64,000 nucleotides of DNA from Candidatus Altiarchaeota archaeon (GTDB lineage Archaea; Altiarchaeota; Altiarchaeia; IMC4; QMZM01): assembly GCA_016931955.1 (NCBI GenBank), contig JAFGDV010000002.1, positions 48,471-112,470 on the forward strand, read 5' to 3'. The notes beneath the pieces are model-generated. The model saw nothing but the letters and a program-made list of their open reading frames with translations, was not told where the DNA came from and ran no database searches. Of this stretch, positions 57,710-64,000 are shown piece after piece (within the stretch, counting starts at the first letter, position 1; each line of letters starts with the position of its first letter). The position numbers and the translations under genes were made by a program.

Positions 57710-58318
57710 ATGGCTGAGAAGGTTGTTGCGAAGGGCGCTGAAGCCGTCCTCTATAGAAGAGACGGCCGGCTTGTGAAACACAGGATTGTGAAGGCGTACA
57801 GGATCCCTGAACTTGACGATAGACTTAGGAAACAGCGGACTCAGAGGGAGGCGAAGCTCTTGGAGAATGCGCAGAAGGCCGGCATCGCTGTTCCAAGGGT
57901 TCATGAGGTCGATCTTAGGGATAGGAGGATTGTGATGGACTTCATCGAAGGCCGGCTCCTGAAGGATGTCTTTTTTTCGGCTGATGATGCTACTGTGGCT
58001 AAGCTTTCAGGTGAGGTCGGCAGTATATTGTCTAGGCTCCATGAGGCTAACATTGTCCACAATGACCTGACCACCTCTAACATGATTCTTAGCATTGATA
58101 GAATATCCTTCATAGACTTTGGTTTGAGTATCACCTCAACCAGGATCGAAGACAAGGCTATGGATCTAGTCGTCTTTAAAAAGGCGTTGAAGGCGACTCA
58201 CACAGACAGATTCGACCTGATCTGGGATTCACTGGTTGAAGCCTATAAGGGCTATGAGAGAAGCAACGAGGTCTTGAACCGGATAGCCAAGATAGAGAAG
58301 AGGGCGAGATACACTTAA
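57710..58318 (+). CDS. bud32: KEOPS complex kinase Bud32
   Basis: KGAEA, K.YRIPELD..LRK.RT..EA, HNDLTTSN, IDFGL, EDKAMDL, RARY. Confidence 0.93.
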   Translation: MAEKVVAKGAEAVLYRRDGRLVKHRIVKAYRIPELDDRLRKQRTQREAKLLENAQKAGIAVPRVHEVDLRDRRIVMDFIEGRLLKDVFFSADDATVAKLSGEVGSILSRLHEANIVHNDLTTSNMILSIDRISFIDFGLSITSTRIEDKAMDLVVFKKALKATHTDRFDLIWDSLVEAYKGYERSNEVLNRIAKIEKRARYT

Positions 58319-58331
58319 CAGTGCCTTCGGA

Positions 58332-58913
58332 TTAGGCGAAGCTTAGGCTATCGATTGCTAAGACGATGAGGCTGACGATGACCCCTGCAAGGAGCATCTT
58401 GAAGCCGTTTTTTAATATGCCGTCTCTGCTTATGTTTCCAACGAATGCCCCTATCAGGAAGAGGATGGTCGCTGCAAGGACAGTTGAGGATAGGAACGCG
58501 TTTTCTAAGGAGACCACCCCTATCTGGGCTAGTATGAACGGCGATATCAGGATCATTGAGACTACGAGGGGGGACAAGCTGTTGACCAACGCTATCAATA
58601 TGCTTATCATTTGGGCGTCTCTGCCCACTTGGGTGTTGCTGAGGTCCACCAGCATGTGTTCTTCAAGGCGCCTTATGTCTTCGCGTCTTTCAGCCCTTTC
58701 TGAGGTGTAAGCGCCCCATATCCCTGAGATGGCCATCGCCACGGAGACGCCGAGGCAGGGTAAGATCACCATCTTAGGGTCTGTCACGCCCACAGTATAC
58801 ATCCCTATTAAGATGCCGAATATGGTCAACGCCCCGTCGAAGGAGTTCATGATGAAGTATCTTCTCGCTATCTCCTCATCCTTCAGTATTTTGAGGTATT
58901 TTATTGCTCCCAT
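58332..58913 (-). CDS. VIT1/CCC1-like membrane protein
   Basis: RRYFIMNSFDG, ISG.WGAY.SERAE; five TM helices. Confidence 0.75.
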   Translation of the reverse strand: MGAIKYLKILKDEEIARRYFIMNSFDGALTIFGILIGMYTVGVTDPKMVILPCLGVSVAMAISGIWGAYTSERAERREDIRRLEEHMLVDLSNTQVGRDAQMISILIALVNSLSPLVVSMILISPFILAQIGVVSLENAFLSSTVLAATILFLIGAFVGNISRDGILKNGFKMLLAGVIVSLIVLAIDSLSFA

Positions 58914-59017
58914 CTTTGTGTGGTCTCAGTTGAGGTATTTCCTTCACCCATATAATAAGATACGTAAACAGCTTAATATGTCGGTGTTTTTTTGTTGTAT
59001 GCGTGTAATCTATTATC

Positions 59018-59671
59018 ATGTTCGGGCTTATAGTCTTCGACCTTGACGGTGTTCTGTGGATCTCGAATGAAGCGCACGTTGAGGTCTGTCTGCGGGCTTT
59101 GGAGAGGGCTGGCGTCCACAGGGATGTGGATGCGAAGGCCATCACCAGGTTCTTTGGTCTCCCTTATAGGGAGGTTCTTAGAGAGGTCATGGGTGTCGAC
59201 TATTCCCCTGAGAAACTGGATATCGCTTACCGAGAACAGCAGAGGCTTCTCTACTCTGACAGCTTCTTTGAGCGTGTGAGCAGGATTGAGGGATTAGAGG
59301 ATCTGCTCTCTAAGTTTAGGGACGCTGGTATCAGGCTTGCCGTCGCCTCAGGTAATGAGAGGGCGTTCTTGGACAAAGCCCTTAGATTTCTCCGCTTGAG
59401 TGGGTTTTTTGACTTGGTTTTGTCGGCTGATGATGTTTCCAGGTCTAAGCCTGACCCGGAGATGCTCTGTAAGGCCATGGATTTTTTCAGTGTGAAGCCT
59501 TTAGATACTCTCTTCGTCGGCGACGCATTTAATGATGTCTTGGCTGCTAAGAACGCCGGCGTTTGTTCTGCTGTTGTTTTGACTGGCGCCCTTGGCTTGG
59601 ATGAGGCCATGAGCTTGGATGTTGACTTTATTTTGGACAGCGTCCTTGACTTAGGATCTGTTCTCCCTTAA
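59018..59671 (+). CDS. HAD-superfamily phosphatase
   Basis: FDLDGVL, KPDPE, VGD..ND. Confidence 0.9.
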   Translation: MFGLIVFDLDGVLWISNEAHVEVCLRALERAGVHRDVDAKAITRFFGLPYREVLREVMGVDYSPEKLDIAYREQQRLLYSDSFFERVSRIEGLEDLLSKFRDAGIRLAVASGNERAFLDKALRFLRLSGFFDLVLSADDVSRSKPDPEMLCKAMDFFSVKPLDTLFVGDAFNDVLAAKNAGVCSAVVLTGALGLDEAMSLDVDFILDSVLDLGSVLP

Positions 59672-59737
59672 GCGTAAGGTATATATTCTACCACATACTA
59701 TATAGGATATATACTGGGGGGTGCCGTGAGGGCGCCG

Positions 59738-62700
59738 ATGATTTCAGATAAATCCAGGAGAGGGATCACATTAGCTTTTGCTTTGTCCTTAGCTTTGCTT
59801 TTCTTCACTGGATTGGCTTCTTCTGCCACCGTCAACGTATCCTCATGCAGGGACCTGAATGTTTCAGATACAATATACCAACTAAACCAAAGCGTTAATG
59901 ATGCTGACACGTGCTTCTACATTAAGGCTAATAACGTAACCTTGGACTGCAAGGGACACACTATAAACTACTCTCAGACTGCTACGGGATTCGCCGTACA
60001 AAATCAGGATGGATTCAATCTCTCAACAATCAAGAACTGCGTGATCGTGCAAGGAAACGCATCTACTACTTCCCATGCAATCTATTTTGACGGAAATGCC
60101 AAAGAAATAGCTAATATAAGCATATTGAATAACACGATCACTACATTCGGTTCCTCCAGTTCAGGAATTTACCTCCATAAATCCTCTGACAACCAAGTAT
60201 TGGATAACACATTAACAACGTATGGCAATGATTCTTATGGAATCTTTCTCGGGTCTTATTCCATTGATTCGAAAGTAGCAAATAACACAGTAAAAACTTC
60301 TGGCAAGGATGCTTACGGAATCCATATCTCCACTTCTTCGGATTTTATCATGGTCTTGAAGAACCGAATCAACACTTCAGGTAATAGCAGTCATGGAATC
60401 TATTTCGCTTCCTCTAACTACGCGAATGTTTCAGGCAATAATGTGTCCACTTCAGGTTACGATGCTTCTGGGATATATTCTGCAAGTTGTTCTTATTCTA
60501 ATGCCGTGGATAACGTAGTGAAGACGTCTGGTTCATCCAGTCACGGAATCTATCTTTACACTACCTCGAACTCTAATCTGACAGAAAACAAGATAACCAC
60601 ATACAATGCCTCCGCTTACGGAATTCACTTTTATTCGAACTCAGACAATAACACGATTATGAACTCTACTATCATAAGCAAGCAGAGCTACGCCATCTAC
60701 TTCCGAAACTTAACGGTTTTTCCAGATAATAACCTCATCTACAACTGTCTACTGAACGGCTCCTCTGAGCCAGTCGGCTTCTCTAGTGGATACAGTGGAG
60801 CGAATAGTTGGAACACCAGCAATCGGTCAGACACAAACATCGTCGGAGGCAATGTTATTGGAGGAAATTACTATACCAACAGCTCTGGAACAGGTTTCTC
60901 AGATAAGTGCATTGACGTAATCCCACCATACGGCTTCTGCGACGAATCCTACAACATAACGTCGGACTTGAAGAACATAGACTATTTTCCACTAAGCAAC
61001 AAATTCGGTCCAACCTATCTGTCGGACTGCAGAAACCTGACGATGGAGAACACAACCTACTACTTGACGAAGAACGTCTCATCTAATGGAACCTGCTTCA
61101 CAATTAAGGCAGACAACATAACCCTAGACTGTAACGGGTATATGATAAATTACTCACAAACTCAGACAGGATATGCTATCAATGACTCCTGGGGGTATGA
61201 TCATCTGACCGTAAGGAACTGCATGATTTATCAGGGTGAGGCCTTCAATGCCTCCTTTGGGATTTATCTCGAGAATTCTGCAAACTCAACAATAGATAAC
61301 AGCTCAATCTACACGTATGGCAATCGCAGTGATTGTGTGAGCTCAGACTATCTGACTGATACAGTGATAGCAAATAACGTGATGACGACAGAGGGAGCCG
61401 ATGCCAGCTGCGTGTACGCCTATCATTCTGCAGGCAACAATATGATACTGGATAACGCATGCACCACAAAAGGCGACGCTGGACCAGGTAGCGGCAGCAT
61501 CGGCCTCCGGCTCGACCATGGGGGCAGTGACTTCCAGGTCATAGGCAACACGATAACGACTCTAGGAAACGCCGCGCGCGGCATAAGGTTCTCAGGAGAC
61601 ACGAACGCGAACATCATAAGAAACAATAACATAACCACTTATAACACAAAGGCTCATGGCGTACAGTGCGATAACAGCTCCAACAGCCTGTTCTCCAACA
61701 ACACAGTCTCAACCTACAGCACAGACGTCTACGCCGTCTTCCTCAAGAATAACTCGGACAACAACTCCTTCGTGAACAACACACTGAAAAGCAATAAGAG
61801 CTACGGAATCTACTTTGAATACAATGGAGTGAACATCCCCAACAATAACGCCATCTATAATTGCCTCATAAACGGATCATCAAAGCCTGTAGGCTTTAAT
61901 GCAGGATACTTCGGCGCCAACGTCTGGAATACCTCAAAAAAACTTGGGACCAGAGTCTATTCCTCTGGAAACATGATCGGTGGAAACTATTATACTAACA
62001 GCAGTGGAACAGGATACAGCGACACCTGCTCCGACGACAACCACGACGGCTTCTGTGATGGCTTCTATGATGTATTCAATAATAGCGTCTGCAGTGAATC
62101 AACCTGCGGCGATAATGCAGACCGTCTGCCGCTTTCCAGCAAATATTCTAACGTCTCGTTCTCTGTTAACCTGACTTCTCCGCCTGACGGGATCCTTACA
62201 GACGATAACATAACAGGTATCAGCTTCAAGGTCCGGGGTTCAGAGAGCACATACAACTGCACAGTATACTTTAACAACACCATAAAAGGAAACAACGCCT
62301 CAGTAAGCAATGACACCCTGACGACGATAACATCTATCGAGCTTTCAGATGGTGTCTGGAACTGGTACGTGAACTGCACAGCATCAGGCGTGATAAACCT
62401 GAGCGAAACTCGGACGCTGACAATCGATACCACGCCGCCGCAGATCACGTTAGTGCATCCCGTAAACGAAACTAACCTCTCAGCTGGCACAACCTGGACG
62501 TGGATAAACATCACCACAGACGAGAACGCAACCTGCCGGTGGAATAAATCAGACTTCACTTACCCTATAGGAACAAACTTCACCACGACAGGAGGAACAA
62601 AACACTACTTCAACTACTCCGAACTAATAAACGGACAAACCATCTCACTATACTACAAATGCAACGACAGCTTGGGGAACATTAACCCAAGCTCAGTAAT

Positions 62701-64000
62701 ACACGTCTTCAGAGTGAACGAATCTATTATGTTCTATGTTGACTTGAACTACCCAAGCAACGATACGACTACGAATGACTCAACACCCGACTTCAACTAC
62801 ACAGTTACAGGAACAGAAAACACCTACAACTGCGAACTATTCATAAACAACATAAGCTACGGCACAACAGAATACTTCACCAACGTCGGACACATATACG
62901 ACAACGGAACTGGATTAGGAGTGTGGGGAGACGGAACATACATATACCTAGCAAACGATGCTGAGGGACTGAGCGCATACACATTTAATGGGACGAATTT
63001 CACCAAAGTCGGCTGGGTAGACGATGGAGGTACTGGAGAGGGGGTGTGGGGAGACGGAAAATACATATACCTAGCAAACGGAGATGACGGACTGAGAGCA
63101 TACACATTCAACGGAACAAACTTCAACAAAACAGAACACATAAACAACGGAGGAACTGCTAAGGGGGTGTGGGGGGACGGAACATACATATACCTAGCAA
63201 ACGGGGAGACTGGACTAATAGCATACACATTCAACGGAACAAACTTCAACAAAACAGGAAACATAAGCAACGGAGGAACTGCTGAGGGAGTATGGGGAGA
63301 CGGAAAATACATATACCTAGCAAACGGAAATGACGGACTGAGAGCGTACACATTCAACGGAACAAACTTCACAAACGTCGGCTGGGTAGACGATGGGGGA
63401 ACTGGAGAGGGAGTGTGGGGGGACGGAACATACATATACCTAGCAAACGGAAATGACGGACTGAGAGCATACACATTCAACGGAACAAACTTCAACAAAA
63501 CAGAACACATAAACAACGGAGGATACGGAGAGGGAGTATGGGGAGACGGAACATACATATACCTAGCAAACGATAATGACGGGCTGAGAGCATACACATT
63601 CAACGGAACAAACTTCAACAACGTCAGCAAGACATACCACAGCTCATGGGCAATGGGAGTATGGGGGGATGGAACATACATATACCTAGCAAACGGAAAT
63701 GACGGACTTAGAGCATACACATTCTATGCTTTAAATAACACGCCAACAACGATCACCACAAATCCCATCTTACAGGATAGAACCTATAACTGGTACATAA
63801 ACTGCACAACAAAAGGAGTGACAAACCAGTCAGAGACAAGAGGGATCACAATAAACGCTAAACCACCGAACATAACAATAACAAACCCAGAAAACAACAC
63901 CAACCTCTCAGCTGGAACCAATTGGACTTGGATAAACATCACCACAGACGAGAACGCAACCTGCCGGTGGAATAAATCAGACTTCACTTACCCTATAGGA
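59738..64000 (+). CDS. Large secreted surface glycoprotein: signal peptide, two NosD/CASH beta-helices, Ig-like domains, 7-repeat LVIVD-like propeller (3' truncated; absent from ORF track)
   Basis: MISDKSRRGITLAFALSLALLFFTGLASSA signal; CF.IKA.N.TLDC.G twice; IGGNYYTN twice; same frame at the end (CRWNKSDFTYPIG); many N-x-S/T sequons; alternative GTG start at 59726. Confidence 0.82.
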   Translation, partial: MISDKSRRGITLAFALSLALLFFTGLASSATVNVSSCRDLNVSDTIYQLNQSVNDADTCFYIKANNVTLDCKGHTINYSQTATGFAVQNQDGFNLSTIKNCVIVQGNASTTSHAIYFDGNAKEIANISILNNTITTFGSSSSGIYLHKSSDNQVLDNTLTTYGNDSYGIFLGSYSIDSKVANNTVKTSGKDAYGIHISTSSDFIMVLKNRINTSGNSSHGIYFASSNYANVSGNNVSTSGYDASGIYSASCSYSNAVDNVVKTSGSSSHGIYLYTTSNSNLTENKITTYNASAYGIHFYSNSDNNTIMNSTIISKQSYAIYFRNLTVFPDNNLIYNCLLNGSSEPVGFSSGYSGANSWNTSNRSDTNIVGGNVIGGNYYTNSSGTGFSDKCIDVIPPYGFCDESYNITSDLKNIDYFPLSNKFGPTYLSDCRNLTMENTTYYLTKNVSSNGTCFTIKADNITLDCNGYMINYSQTQTGYAINDSWGYDHLTVRNCMIYQGEAFNASFGIYLENSANSTIDNSSIYTYGNRSDCVSSDYLTDTVIANNVMTTEGADASCVYAYHSAGNNMILDNACTTKGDAGPGSGSIGLRLDHGGSDFQVIGNTITTLGNAARGIRFSGDTNANIIRNNNITTYNTKAHGVQCDNSSNSLFSNNTVSTYSTDVYAVFLKNNSDNNSFVNNTLKSNKSYGIYFEYNGVNIPNNNAIYNCLINGSSKPVGFNAGYFGANVWNTSKKLGTRVYSSGNMIGGNYYTNSSGTGYSDTCSDDNHDGFCDGFYDVFNNSVCSESTCGDNADRLPLSSKYSNVSFSVNLTSPPDGILTDDNITGISFKVRGSESTYNCTVYFNNTIKGNNASVSNDTLTTITSIELSDGVWNWYVNCTASGVINLSETRTLTIDTTPPQITLVHPVNETNLSAGTTWTWINITTDENATCRWNKSDFTYPIGTNFTTTGGTKHYFNYSELINGQTISLYYKCNDSLGNINPSSVIHVFRVNESIMFYVDLNYPSNDTTTNDSTPDFNYTVTGTENTYNCELFINNISYGTTEYFTNVGHIYDNGTGLGVWGDGTYIYLANDAEGLSAYTFNGTNFTKVGWVDDGGTGEGVWGDGKYIYLANGDDGLRAYTFNGTNFNKTEHINNGGTAKGVWGDGTYIYLANGETGLIAYTFNGTNFNKTGNISNGGTAEGVWGDGKYIYLANGNDGLRAYTFNGTNFTNVGWVDDGGTGEGVWGDGTYIYLANGNDGLRAYTFNGTNFNKTEHINNGGYGEGVWGDGTYIYLANDNDGLRAYTFNGTNFNNVSKTYHSSWAMGVWGDGTYIYLANGNDGLRAYTFYALNNTPTTITTNPILQDRTYNWYINCTTKGVTNQSETRGITINAKPPNITITNPENNTNLSAGTNWTWINITTDENATCRWNKSDFTYPIG
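62501..62572 (+). repeat. 72-bp direct repeat, identical copy at 63929..64000
   Basis: tggataaacatcaccacagacgagaacgcaacctgccggtgg...taccctatagga occurs twice. Confidence 0.9.
62875..63725 (+). repeat. Seven tandem 123-bp (41-aa) coding repeats
   Basis: GVWGDG(T/K)YIYLAN...GL.AYTF units begin at 62918, 63041, 63164, 63287, 63410, 63533, 63656. Confidence 0.92.

Noticed and set aside
362-59910. Numerous short overlapping or antisense ORFs in the track (e.g. 12236..13069, 13945..14760, 28767..29465)
   Set aside because: They overlap well-supported genes on the opposite strand or another frame and show no family motifs.
62857-63720. 287-aa repetitive minus-strand ORF
   Set aside because: Antisense shadow of the 123-bp repeats in the plus-strand surface protein.
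62875-63725. Possible CRISPR array or DGR template/variable repeats
   Set aside because: The period is a multiple of 3 and in frame with a protein, linkers recur, differences are not adenine-specific, and no cas or reverse transcriptase gene is in the window.
1-64000. tRNA/rRNA genes, transposases, integrases
   Set aside because: None recognised; the window is densely protein-coding and the few intergenic gaps show no such signatures by eye.

Overview
Archaeal chromosomal segment. Nop5, Bud32, archaeal-type TyrRS, UPF0147 and fwdABCD point to an anaerobic C1/H2-using archaeon; an Altiarchaeota-like lineage is a guess, not shown. From about 3 to 47 kb it is a signalling supercluster. An expanded Che system (1 MCP, CheW, CheA, CheB, CheR, 2 CheD, 4 CheY, 7 CheC, ParA, 2 Walker-A-less KaiC-like proteins) is interleaved with hypABCDE and two Mvh-type (group 3c-like) [NiFe]-hydrogenase modules. 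One module (parA-mvhD-mvhG-mvhA*) has a full-length large subunit that has lost three of four Ni/Fe-ligating Cys plus the catalytic Glu and Arg, i.e. a pseudo-hydrogenase. The other is intact and co-encoded with a ferredoxin, a V4R protein and a ubiquitin-like protein, next to two output-less Cache membrane sensors and a Cys-less TusA. Five mosaic histidine kinases, feoAB/DtxR, fwdACDB with altered FwdB active-site residues, nikR, housekeeping genes and a large repeat-rich surface protein running off the right end follow. Best candidate for an undescribed system: an H2/formate/redox-sensing chemosensory network built largely from pseudoenzymes. All assignments are by eye from motifs; no searches were run.
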